Positions 9,430-18,025 of a DNA stretch of 31,500 bases are shown piece after piece. Positions within the stretch are counted from its first letter, which is position 1; each line of letters begins with the position of its first letter. The notes under the pieces are model-generated. The model saw only the letters and a list, made by a program, of their open reading frames with translations, did no database searches and was not told where the DNA came from. The stretch is from Candidatus Baldrarchaeum yapensis. GTDB lineage: Archaea > Asgardarchaeota > Baldrarchaeia > Baldrarchaeales > Baldrarchaeaceae. The translations under genes were made by a program, and so were the position numbers. The stretch spans positions 1-31,500 of the forward strand of contig JAEOSH010000018.1 in NCBI GenBank assembly GCA_016840465.1, written 5' to 3'.

Positions 9430-10387
9430 TATTGCCATAATAGGGCATAAGAACGCAGATCCCGATGCCGTATGTAGCATGTACGGGTTATATGTATTAT
9501 TAAGACATGTGCTTCCAGAAAATACTAGATTTTTCCTCGCAGCGGAAGACTATAGTAAGTTATCTAAAAGAATCATGACAGAGTTTGAAATAGACGATCT
9601 CTACCTCTTTGATCTCGAGGAGACTCCGGAGTGTGCAGTAATAGTAGATGCAAATAATCTCGAGCAAATAGGTATTCTTAAGGAGAAGGTGCCTCCGGCA
9701 AAGACCAAGATATTTGTCATAGATCATCACGAGCCACATGCGGATACGTGCACATTTTCGGTGGCATCACTAATAATGAACGACCTTGTTTCGACCGCAG
9801 AAATAATTGTCCAAATATACGAGGATCTAAATGTTCCGATGGATTCGAAAACCGCAACCCTGCTGTTGATGGGAGTGATTTTCGATTCACGGAGGTTTAT
9901 ATTAATCGACGATAAGATATTCTTCGCTGTGAAAAAACTGCTGGATTTTGGTGCCGATTACCAGAGGGCATTAGATATGTTGAGGTTGCCAATGGACAGA
10001 TCAGAACGCATTGCAAGACTAAAGGCCGCCTCTAGGCTTTCATTATTTCAGATCGGGAATTGGATCGTAGCTGCATCTTATGTGAGCGCTTTTGAGGCGA
10101 GCGCATGTCGTGCATTGATCGAGTTGGGCGCCGATGTTGCGGTCGTCATTGCTGAGCGTGGTGACGAGCTTAGGATCAGTGCAAGAGCCACTGAGTTCTT
10201 TTACCAAGAAACAGGAGTAAGTTTGGCGGAAGTTATGGAAAGGGTTGGTAGGAACATAGGGGGAAGTGGTGGCGGTCATGTGACTGCCGCCGGCGCTAAT
10301 GGCAAGGGGGATGCTAAGAAAGGATTAAATGAATTTTTGAAATGTATAAGCGAGATGCTAGGTGCTAAGGTTGAAACGCTAGACTAG
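9380..10387 (+). CDS. DHH/DHHA1-family phosphoesterase (NrnA/RecJ-like)
   Basis: DHH motifs are GHKNADPDAVCS (I), VIVDANN (II), VIDHH (III) and GVIFDSRRF (IV). The DHHA1 motif is GGSGGGHVTAAG. The GTG start overlaps the upstream ORF by 50 nt, so the exact start is uncertain. Confidence 0.85.
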   Translation: MRPKVLIDLLRRNVKDNIAIIGHKNADPDAVCSMYGLYVLLRHVLPENTRFFLAAEDYSKLSKRIMTEFEIDDLYLFDLEETPECAVIVDANNLEQIGILKEKVPPAKTKIFVIDHHEPHADTCTFSVASLIMNDLVSTAEIIVQIYEDLNVPMDSKTATLLLMGVIFDSRRFILIDDKIFFAVKKLLDFGADYQRALDMLRLPMDRSERIARLKAASRLSLFQIGNWIVAASYVSAFEASACRALIELGADVAVVIAERGDELRISARATEFFYQETGVSLAEVMERVGRNIGGSGGGHVTAAGANGKGDAKKGLNEFLKCISEMLGAKVETLD

Positions 10388-10396
10388 GTGTAATCG

Positions 10397-11242
10397 ATGG
10401 CAATAATCGAAATTAGAAATTTGACTTTCACGTATGCCGGATCTGACGAGCCCGCAATTCGAGACATATCATTAAACATCGAAGAGGGAGAGTTCGTACT
10501 AATAATGGGTAGGAGTGGGTGTGGGAAAACTACTCTCTGTAGATGCCTTAATGGCCTCATACCTCACTTTTACAGGGGGGAAATGAAGGGAGATGTCATC
10601 ATTAATGGTTTAAATACAAGGAAGCATACAGTTGCGGAAATAGCACAGATAGTCGGAATGGTTTTCCAAGAACCGGAAAACCAGTTGGTTACGATGAGTG
10701 TCGAGAAGGAACTCGCATTTGGTCCAGAGAACCTCGGAATACCACCTGATGAGATAAGGGAGAGAGTTGAAAGAGTAATTAAACTGATGAATCTCGAGAA
10801 CATAAGGGATAGAGCCCCTTATGAATTATCCGGGGGAGAGCAACAGAAGGTGGCAATAGCATCGGTACTGACATTAGAACCAAAGATCCTAGTGTTAGAC
10901 GAACCGACATCAAGCCTGGATCCTGCCTCCGCGACTAAAATACTTGAAATCATTGCAAATCTGAATAGGCTCTACGGCATCACCGTGGTGCTGATAGAGC
11001 ACAGACCCGAACTCGTGATGCGCTATGTGACAAAAATCATTATTATGGATAAGGGCAGAATTATCATGGAGGGCAACCCAAGGGAAGTGTTTTCTCATGG
11101 AACTTTTGAGGAATTGGGAATAGAGGCCCCGGTTCCGGTAAGGCTTTTTCATATGTTGAGAAAACGGGGACTTGGTAAGATGAACATAGTGCCTATTACC
11201 GAGGATGAAGCTACACGACTTATTTTGGGGTTGGTGGGATGA
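10397..11242 (+). CDS. ecfA1: ECF transporter ATP-binding subunit EcfA1 (ABC ATPase)
   Basis: Walker A GRSGCGKTT, Q-loop FQEPENQ, signature LSGGEQQK, Walker B ILVLDEPTS and H-loop IEHR. It is the first of two tandem ATPases followed by a T component. Confidence 0.9.
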   Translation: MAIIEIRNLTFTYAGSDEPAIRDISLNIEEGEFVLIMGRSGCGKTTLCRCLNGLIPHFYRGEMKGDVIINGLNTRKHTVAEIAQIVGMVFQEPENQLVTMSVEKELAFGPENLGIPPDEIRERVERVIKLMNLENIRDRAPYELSGGEQQKVAIASVLTLEPKILVLDEPTSSLDPASATKILEIIANLNRLYGITVVLIEHRPELVMRYVTKIIIMDKGRIIMEGNPREVFSHGTFEELGIEAPVPVRLFHMLRKRGLGKMNIVPITEDEATRLILGLVG

Positions 11243-12057
11243 TCGAGGTAGTTGACGTCTGGTATAGGTATCCGGAGGGATCGGTCGCCCTTAGAGGGGT
11301 TTCGCTACAGATAGAGAGGGGAGAATTCATTGCAATAATGGGGGAGAACGGGGCTGGGAAAACCACTCTTATAAAGCATTTCAATGGTTTATTAAAGCCT
11401 CAGAGGGGGGAGGTTTTTGTTGATGGCATCAATACGAAAGAAAGTTCGATTGCTGAACTTTCTAAGAAGGTCGGTGTAGTGTTTCAGAATCCGGATCACC
11501 AGTTGTTTTCATCCACAGTTGAAGAGGAGATTATGTTTTCATTGAACAATCTGAATATCGACGCTGATGAGGCGAGAAGACGAATGGAATGGGTACTTAA
11601 GCTTCTGGATCTTGAGAGGTATAGAAAGAGGTCGCCTTTTTCTTTGAGCGGAGGTGAGAAAAAGAGGCTTGCTCTCGCAACAATACTATGCATGAAGCCT
11701 AAAGTTCTGGTGCTTGATGAACCAACTATGGGACAGGACTTTGAACAAAAGATGAAACTTGCGGAATTGTTACAGAACCTCGTTAGGAAGGGCACTACAG
11801 TCGTAGTGGTCACGCATGATGTAGAATTTGCAGCAATGTACTTTCCTAGAGTTGTACTGATGGCTCGAGGGAGGATAATAGCAGATGGGGTGCCGGAGGA
11901 TGTGCTTACAAATGACGAGATTTTAAGAAGAGCCTCACTCATCCCTCCACAGGCGACGAAAATTGCATGGGAAGTTTCGAGGGAGTTAGAAGATTTTCCG
12001 AGAAAAATTATAAGAGTAAAAGAGTTGTATGAGGCCGTGATTTCATTGGTGAGGTAA
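11239..12057 (+). CDS. ecfA2: ECF transporter ATP-binding subunit EcfA2 (ABC ATPase)
   Basis: Walker A GENGAGKTT, FQNPDHQ, LSGGEKKR, VLVLDEPT and THD. It overlaps the ecfA1 stop by 4 nt. Confidence 0.9.
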   Translation: MIEVVDVWYRYPEGSVALRGVSLQIERGEFIAIMGENGAGKTTLIKHFNGLLKPQRGEVFVDGINTKESSIAELSKKVGVVFQNPDHQLFSSTVEEEIMFSLNNLNIDADEARRRMEWVLKLLDLERYRKRSPFSLSGGEKKRLALATILCMKPKVLVLDEPTMGQDFEQKMKLAELLQNLVRKGTTVVVVTHDVEFAAMYFPRVVLMARGRIIADGVPEDVLTNDEILRRASLIPPQATKIAWEVSRELEDFPRKIIRVKELYEAVISLVR

Positions 12058-12822
12058 ATGGCAATAGAAATGTTTAGAGGATTCGAATTTAAGAGAAGGG
12101 ATACACTCATCCATAGACTCGATCCTAGGACAAAACTCATAATGTCCCTATCGATCCTCGTGTCATCGTTAATCTTTGATAAGATAATACCGTTATTATT
12201 AGTGTTCTTGATTTCCTTTGCGCTCATATCGATCTCAAAATCCGTCACAGAATGGTATAAGAGCATTAAAGGACTTTCGGTGCTCTTCCTAATAATATTA
12301 ATTGTGAACAGTTTCGCATATTCTCTATCATTCGCAATTGCCATGTGCATACGTCTTGTAAATTTCGTAACTGCGTTCTCCTTGTTCTTTTTGACAACGC
12401 ACCCCGACGACCTTGCTCATGCTTTAATATCACTTAGAATCCCCTTTGAAATCGCGTTTGCATTTTCTATGGCCACAAGATATGTGCCGACGCTTGCTCG
12501 GGAGGCACAGATAATAGCGGAAGCGCAGATGTCGAGGGGGTTGGAGTTGCAGAAAGGAGGATTCCTGCAGAGGGTTAGAAATCTAATACCGTTAATAGTT
12601 CCTCTAGTCATCTGTAGTATAAAGAGGGCCCTTTCTGTTGCCGAGAGTTTGGAGTCACGTTGCTTTGGAGCTGTTAAGAAGAGAACATACTTACATGAAT
12701 TGAAATTTGGACTTTGGGACTTTTTAATGTCATTTGCCTTTTTGGGATTAGTGATATGGTCGGCTGTTACCACATTCCTGGTAGGTTATCCAAGAGTATT
12801 CACATTAGAACTCCCAATTTGA
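12058..12822 (+). CDS. ecfT: ECF transporter transmembrane T component (EcfT/CbiQ family)
   Basis: A polytopic membrane protein with the N-terminal LHRLDPRTKL motif and the coupling-helix ARG-type motifs (ATRYVPTL.., MSRG). It starts 1 nt after the ecfA2 stop. Confidence 0.9.
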   Translation: MAIEMFRGFEFKRRDTLIHRLDPRTKLIMSLSILVSSLIFDKIIPLLLVFLISFALISISKSVTEWYKSIKGLSVLFLIILIVNSFAYSLSFAIAMCIRLVNFVTAFSLFFLTTHPDDLAHALISLRIPFEIAFAFSMATRYVPTLAREAQIIAEAQMSRGLELQKGGFLQRVRNLIPLIVPLVICSIKRALSVAESLESRCFGAVKKRTYLHELKFGLWDFLMSFAFLGLVIWSAVTTFLVGYPRVFTLELPI

Positions 12823-12975
12823 CATGATGGCATGAAATTTGAGTAAGCCTTTCATGCAAGGATACCCGAGACGTTATGTCCTTGTGTCTGAGGAAAATAT
12901 TGGGGCATGCCCTAAGAAACGTAAAAATACTGTTATGGAAAGTACTGATTGGTACATTATTTCGGGTGAGAAGGA

Positions 12976-13572
12976 GTGGTTGAATACGAGGCTCCCTGGT
13001 GGGACGAAATATATGATCTTACATTAAAGCTTGCGGAAATGATAATGGAGGATGGTTTTAAGCCAGACATAATTGTCGGAATTGCACGCGGCGGATGGGT
13101 GGTCGCGAGACTATTATCCGACTTTCTTAAGAATCCCAATACTGCGAATTTGAAGATAGAGTTTTATAAGGGGATCGCGGAGACCGCCGAGAAGCCTGTC
13201 ATAACGCAACCGGTCTCTGCTGATGTTAAAGGGAAAAATGTACTCATATGTGACGATGTTGCTGATACCGGGCATAGCTTAAGAGTCGCTTTTGAGCACA
13301 TCAAGGAGTTAGGAGCTAAGGAGATAAAGGTCGCGACCCTACATCTCAAGCCGTGGTCGATTTTTAAACCCGACTTTTACGTGAAAGAGACAAGAGCATG
13401 GATAATATATCCTTGGGAAATTAGAGAAACCATCGAGAAAATAGCTTCGGATCTCGAAAAGGAAGGAAAGAGCGAAGAGGAAATCTTGGAGGCTCTGAGG
13501 ACCACAAACATAAAGCCCCGTCTAATAGAATATTTCTACGAGCTTTATAAGCGGCAAAAGGAGAAAGAGTAA
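12976..13572 (+). CDS. Purine (hypoxanthine/guanine/xanthine-type) phosphoribosyltransferase
   Basis: PRPP-binding motif VLICDDVADTGHSL and N-terminal FKPDIIVGIARGGWVVARLLSDFL. The GTG start is uncertain. Confidence 0.85.
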   Translation: MVEYEAPWWDEIYDLTLKLAEMIMEDGFKPDIIVGIARGGWVVARLLSDFLKNPNTANLKIEFYKGIAETAEKPVITQPVSADVKGKNVLICDDVADTGHSLRVAFEHIKELGAKEIKVATLHLKPWSIFKPDFYVKETRAWIIYPWEIRETIEKIASDLEKEGKSEEEILEALRTTNIKPRLIEYFYELYKRQKEKE

Positions 13573-13585
13573 TGGTGTCTTTTAA

Positions 13586-14185
13586 ATGCCGCTCATAGAG
13601 CTTTCGGAAAACGACAGATTTGAAAACCTGAGTTTTGTGCTCATAAGTGGAGTGAAGGATGTCAAGATAGACAATCTTACCGCTGTGATAGATAAAATAC
13701 TGGATCTTTCATCGAGAGAAGGTTTAGTGATACAGTTATTCGATGCAACAAAAGTTGCTTCATGGAAGCATCTATTTGTCGCCGCATTGAACGCCTTAAA
13801 GGCATTTAAACACAAGTACAATATTTCGTCTAAGCTTGGCATGGAGATACTGATATTTGCGTCCGGACAGCGCCAAATAAGAGATGCTATTTCGATGCTC
13901 GGGTTGTCGAAGGATACTAAGGAGGTGGCAGTGGTTATACTTGGGAGTGCTAAAGATAAACTTGATAGAGTCCTCAAGGAGATCGCTGGTATGCTAAATG
14001 GAAGAATAGACGATAGCATACTTGAAATATTATCCGAGCACAAGGTTAGGGTATTAAGAGGGACTTTTGGAATATCTGATGAGGAGTTGGAGACAAGTAC
14101 AAAATCACAGCGATTCTCTGATATCGCTGACGCTTTAGTCAAGTGTATTATAAATAGATCATCCCTCTTGGTTGTCCAGAGATGA
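13586..14185 (+). CDS. cgi121: KEOPS complex subunit Cgi121
   Basis: MEILIFASGQRQIRDAISMLG closely matches the Cgi121 signature (M. jannaschii MEILVRASGQRQIHEAIKIIG, from memory). The downstream GRIDDSILE also matches. Confidence 0.85.
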   Translation: MPLIELSENDRFENLSFVLISGVKDVKIDNLTAVIDKILDLSSREGLVIQLFDATKVASWKHLFVAALNALKAFKHKYNISSKLGMEILIFASGQRQIRDAISMLGLSKDTKEVAVVILGSAKDKLDRVLKEIAGMLNGRIDDSILEILSEHKVRVLRGTFGISDEELETSTKSQRFSDIADALVKCIINRSSLLVVQR

Positions 14186-14710
14186 TCATTTTCTCAATTT
14201 CTCGATGGAGAGTATGTCATCGGGCTTTATCACCGATATTCCAGTCCACTTCCCTACAACTTCTACCTGTATTATCCAATCAGGGTTTTCGAGATTGACC
14301 TTGCGGTTTATGTGTTTTGCAATCGCTTCTATTATATCTGTCCTCGATAATGTAGTATAACGCTTTCTTACGGTTATTCTAAAGGTTTCGCTCTCCTTTA
14401 TTCGGTCTTTCGCAAGTTCCGCTGCACTTTTCTCTATTTCCTCTATTTTCGACGGAACAACTACTTCAAGAGGAACATACTTCAATGTATACCTGAACTG
14501 CCAAGGATCCTCCATTGCTCGCTCTTTAAGCATTCTTATCGCCTCGAAGGGGTTCAGCGAGGTCTTTACCGCTACGAGTCCTGGGACTCCGGTTCTTTCA
14601 CATTTCACGCTTCTATCTCCCATTTCACTGAAAAAGTACCATATCTCTGCGCATGCGTCGTTTTCTCTTCCCTTAAGACATGACACGAGAATGTTATAAT
14701 CCTTAATCAC
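14186..14710 (-). CDS. THUMP-domain RNA-binding protein
   Basis: 174 aa with an N-terminal ferredoxin-like part (ILVSCLKGRENDACAEIW) and a C-terminal THUMP-like part (FRITVRKR...LENPDWIIQVEVVGKWTGISV). Its stop directly abuts the cgi121 stop. Confidence 0.75.
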   Translation of the reverse strand: MIKDYNILVSCLKGRENDACAEIWYFFSEMGDRSVKCERTGVPGLVAVKTSLNPFEAIRMLKERAMEDPWQFRYTLKYVPLEVVVPSKIEEIEKSAAELAKDRIKESETFRITVRKRYTTLSRTDIIEAIAKHINRKVNLENPDWIIQVEVVGKWTGISVIKPDDILSIEKLRK

Positions 14711-14784
14711 ATCTATATCCTCCTAGTTTACACGTCTATAGTCCCTTTAACGGACCAAGTTATAAGTGAGACCCCTAAGCACAG

Positions 14785-15708
14785 GTGTACATGATGGGTT
14801 CCCCGCCGATAAACGAAATTGAGTGTGTCATTTTAGCTGCAGGAAAGGGCGAAAGACTTGGTGAGATCTCAAAGTACATTCCAAAACCTCTTATACCAAT
14901 CGCAAACCGGCCACTGATATCGTATGTCATTGAGAATGTCAGGAAGATGGGAATACGAGAAATAACGGTTGTTGCGGGGAAAAACTACTCAAAACTTCTC
15001 AAACTGTTATCAGATAACAACGGTATTAGAGTAATAAGAGCGGGGAACTTCGAGAAGGGGCCTTTATTTACATTCTTAGACGCGGAACCTTACATTGAGC
15101 GGCACTACGTGCTGATATTGCCTTGCGATCTTGTCGCAGACTTTAGCTTCTTTTCAGAGTTCATCAGAAAATGCAACATGAACTTTCAGATAAATCTGGC
15201 GGTATGCCGTAAAAGACAGCCCCTAGGAAGCATGAAAATAATACCCGCGAGGATGGCACTGATTTCAAAAGATTTCTTCATGATTTTACATAAGGCCGAG
15301 AATGAGGGATATAAACGCGTGATAGACGCAATAATGCTTGCCGAACAACTAGGTATTGGAGTGAATAGGGTGCCCCTAAGTAGTGCAAAGTGGGTGGACG
15401 TGGACACAATATCCGATCTTTTAAGGGCGCATAAATTCGTGCTTGAGAGAATACCGATGCCCTCAGGTGCTGCATGTGATAGTTGTCTCGACAGAGTATT
15501 GCTAATAAAACCCCTTATTATTGGTAGGAACATAACGTTTTCCGGCCCATCGGTGATCGGACCATATGTTTCCATAGGAGATAACGCGACAATTGGCGAT
15601 TCGACATTTTTGACGAATGTAATAGTCATGGCGGGGGCTCAGGTGGGCGCCGGACTTCTTATAAATAATGCTGTTATTTATAGAGACAGGATTTTCCGGG
15701 ATGAGTGA
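14785..15708 (+). CDS. Nucleotidyltransferase (NTP_transferase fold with a C-terminal left-handed beta-helix-like repeat region); candidate CTP:inositol-1-phosphate cytidylyltransferase-like enzyme
   Basis: The N-terminus VILAAGKGERLG....PKPLIPI is the sugar-phosphate nucleotidyltransferase signature. KWVDVDTISDL is typical of the family. The C-terminus carries hexapeptide-like repeats (IGDNATIGDSTFLTNVIVMAGAQVGAG). The start could be GTG 14785 or ATG 14791/14794. Confidence 0.75.
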   Translation: MYMMGSPPINEIECVILAAGKGERLGEISKYIPKPLIPIANRPLISYVIENVRKMGIREITVVAGKNYSKLLKLLSDNNGIRVIRAGNFEKGPLFTFLDAEPYIERHYVLILPCDLVADFSFFSEFIRKCNMNFQINLAVCRKRQPLGSMKIIPARMALISKDFFMILHKAENEGYKRVIDAIMLAEQLGIGVNRVPLSSAKWVDVDTISDLLRAHKFVLERIPMPSGAACDSCLDRVLLIKPLIIGRNITFSGPSVIGPYVSIGDNATIGDSTFLTNVIVMAGAQVGAGLLINNAVIYRDRIFRDE

Positions 15709-16318
15709 TGAGATGAGCAGATTCCGAGTTCGAAGAGTCTTTAGGCCATTTGTATACAGGATCGCCGAAAGCCTTGCCGAAATGGGTATACGTCCAAATC
15801 ATATAACTGTAGTTTCGCTCTTATCGGCGGTTATTTCTGCGATTTTTATTGCCTTATCAAATGTTTTGCTTGCAGGGATCGCTATATTCATGACCGGGTT
15901 GCTGGATGGAGTTGATGGTGCGATTGCACGCATTATGAATATGGAGACAAGAAAGGGGGCGTTTCTGGACGCTATGCTTGACAGGTACGGAGATGTTATA
16001 ATAATTGGGAGTTTCTTGTTTTATGAGCCAAAGGTTTTCTTTCTCTTCCGATTCGAACTTTGGATTCTGGTGGCGATAATTGGCTCGCTGATGGTTAGTT
16101 ACTCGAGGGCACGAGGTGAAGCCATGGGTGTCCGGTGTTTGGATGTAGGGTTGATGGGGAGGTCCGAAAGGCTGTTTCTATTAACAATTTTCTGCATATT
16201 AGGCTTATTCGATCCGCGCCTTCCATCATTTGGGCTTATATTACTAGCTATTCTATCAAATGCAACGGCTCTTCACAGGATCTTCTTTGGGTTTAGGATG
16301 TTAAATACCAACAGGTAA
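15701..16318 (+). CDS. CDP-alcohol phosphatidyltransferase family membrane protein (DIPP-synthase-like or archaetidyl head-group synthase)
   Basis: Signature DGVDGAIAR-x8-G-x3-D-x3-D (LLDGVDGAIARIMNMETRKGAFLDAMLDRYGD) and multiple TM helices. MVSYSRA and RSERLFLLTIFCIL resemble the DIPPS domain of A. fulgidus IPCT/DIPPS as I recall it. ATG 15701 overlaps the upstream gene by 8 nt. Confidence 0.8.
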   Translation: MSDEMSRFRVRRVFRPFVYRIAESLAEMGIRPNHITVVSLLSAVISAIFIALSNVLLAGIAIFMTGLLDGVDGAIARIMNMETRKGAFLDAMLDRYGDVIIIGSFLFYEPKVFFLFRFELWILVAIIGSLMVSYSRARGEAMGVRCLDVGLMGRSERLFLLTIFCILGLFDPRLPSFGLILLAILSNATALHRIFFGFRMLNTNR

Positions 16319-16332
16319 CGTGAGGGGTTCTT

Positions 16333-17088
16333 TTGAAGAAGTTGGAGATATACGGTCTCGAAAAAATACCGATTGTTAAAGAGGGCGATAACGTGGCCGA
16401 GTTGATTGTAAAAGCAGCAGAAGAGGAGGGTGTCGGAATAGAGGACGGTGACATAATAGTCATAGCTCAGTCAATAATTTCGAGGGCAGAGGGATCCATT
16501 GTAGATCTTACAAAGATCAAACCTAGTGAATTTGCTAAAATGATTGCGAAGGAAACTGGTAAGGATCCACGCATTGTAGAAGTGATACTGCGGGAGGCCA
16601 AGGAGGTTGTGAGGATGGGACATGGAGTCATCGTGACTCTTACTCATCACGGAATCGTATGTGCAAATAGCGGAGTTGATAAGTCTAACGTGCCTGGGGA
16701 ACATCTGGTAAGCGTACTGCCACGCGATCCCGATAAGTCCGCACAGAAGATTCGAGAGGAGATAAGGAGATTAACCGGCAAGGAAGTTGCAGTAATAATA
16801 AGTGACACCATGGGGCGGCCCCTTAGAGAGGGAGTTATAGGGGTTGCGATCGGAGCAGCCGGCATCTCACCGCTGTGGGATAGGAGAGGAGATAAGGATC
16901 TCTTCGGGTACACCCTCCAAGTAACCGTTGTGGCAATTGCAGATGAGCTCGCATCCGCCGCCGAACTGGTAATGGGCGAGGCCGATGAGGGAATACCAGT
17001 TGTGATTATAAGGGGTTTTAAGTATCCCCGAGGCAATGAGGGGGCGCGGGTATTAAATAGACCTCGTGAGAAAGATCTCTTCTGGTGA
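16333..17088 (+). CDS. cofE: Coenzyme F420-0:L-glutamate ligase CofE (single-domain, archaeal type)
   Basis: IPIVKEGDNVAELIV...DGDIIVIAQSIISRAEG, CANSGVDKSNV, IISDTMGRP.REGV.GVAIG and LVMGEADEGIPVVIIRG match the CofE family. TTG start. Confidence 0.9.
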   Translation: MKKLEIYGLEKIPIVKEGDNVAELIVKAAEEEGVGIEDGDIIVIAQSIISRAEGSIVDLTKIKPSEFAKMIAKETGKDPRIVEVILREAKEVVRMGHGVIVTLTHHGIVCANSGVDKSNVPGEHLVSVLPRDPDKSAQKIREEIRRLTGKEVAVIISDTMGRPLREGVIGVAIGAAGISPLWDRRGDKDLFGYTLQVTVVAIADELASAAELVMGEADEGIPVVIIRGFKYPRGNEGARVLNRPREKDLFW

Positions 17089-17092
17089 ACCT

Positions 17093-18025
17093 ATGATCAC
17101 AGTATTATCAGGCGGAACCGGAACCCCGAAACTGCTGAAGGGGCTACTAAGAGTAATTCCGCAGAGAGATCTGACAATCATCGCCAATACGGCCGATGAC
17201 ATTGAGCTTTATGGACTGTACATATCCCCTGATGTTGATACGATAATCTACCTGTTGGCTGGACTCTTGGATGAGGAAAAGTGGTGGGGAATCAGGGGAG
17301 ACACTTTTCACTTTGTTGAGATGATGCGGCGGTACGGCGAGGAGGCGTGGTTTAATCTTGGAGATAGAGATTTGGCAATACATGTCATCAGAACGAGGCT
17401 TCTTAGAAGAGGCTGGAAACTATCAGAGGTGATAAAGAAAATATGCTCCTCTCTGTCGATAGAGGCTACTATTTTACCAATGACGGATGATAGAGTTGAA
17501 ACACGAATAATTACAAGTGATGGGCGAAATATTCACTTTCAGGAGTTTTGGGTCAAGTATCGGGGAAATATATGCATCAAAGATGTCATATTTAGCGGAA
17601 TAGAAAAAGCGAGACCAGCCGATGGCGTAATAGACGCAATAGAATCATCAAAGGGAGTAATTATAGGTCCCAGTAATCCAATTACGAGCATCGGGCCAAT
17701 AGTCTCCATTAAAGGGATAAGAGAGGCTCTTAGGGATAAAAGTCCGGTTATTGCAATTTCTCCAATAGTTGGCAATAAGCCGGTCAGCGGCCCTGCGGCT
17801 CAACTTATGAAAGCTAAGGGCGTAGAGGTATCCTCGTTAGGAGTTGCGGAGTTGTACAGTGACTTCTTGGACATCTTTATAATAGACAAGAGGGATCAGA
17901 ATCTAAAAGATGAAATAGAGGGGTTAGGGATAAAGGTCATAGTTGCCGATACGATTATGGATAATGACGAGAAAAGGATGCGTCTTGCGCTTATAACGCT
18001 GAAGGCAATGGGTGTGGAAATTTGA
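17093..18025 (+). CDS. cofD: 2-phospho-L-lactate (or EPPG) transferase CofD
   Basis: The N-terminus MITVLSGGTGTPKLLKGL is the hallmark of CofD/YvcK-fold LPPG:FO transferases. Further matches are NLGDRDLA and GPSNPITSIGPI. ATG 17093 lies 4 nt after the cofE stop; the track start at 17066 overlaps cofE. Confidence 0.9.
   Translation: MITVLSGGTGTPKLLKGLLRVIPQRDLTIIANTADDIELYGLYISPDVDTIIYLLAGLLDEEKWWGIRGDTFHFVEMMRRYGEEAWFNLGDRDLAIHVIRTRLLRRGWKLSEVIKKICSSLSIEATILPMTDDRVETRIITSDGRNIHFQEFWVKYRGNICIKDVIFSGIEKARPADGVIDAIESSKGVIIGPSNPITSIGPIVSIKGIREALRDKSPVIAISPIVGNKPVSGPAAQLMKAKGVEVSSLGVAELYSDFLDIFIIDKRDQNLKDEIEGLGIKVIVADTIMDNDEKRMRLALITLKAMGVEI

Noticed and set aside
11496-12350. 284-aa minus-strand ORF antisense to ecfA2/ecfT. 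Similar long antisense ORFs occur at 2128-2616, 6209-6781, 13582-14142, 15186-15629, 16647-17036, 21454-22176 and 28072-28464.
   Set aside because: Each lies entirely opposite a gene with strong family motifs. Their translations are low-complexity and Ser/Leu/Ile-rich with no recognisable domains. This is typical of shadow ORFs produced by purine-rich codon bias on the true coding strand.
12839-13027. 62-aa plus-strand ORF upstream of and overlapping the phosphoribosyltransferase gene
   Set aside because: It has a TTG start, no motifs, and overlaps the PRTase N-terminus, which aligns well with the family. It is most likely promoter or leader sequence.
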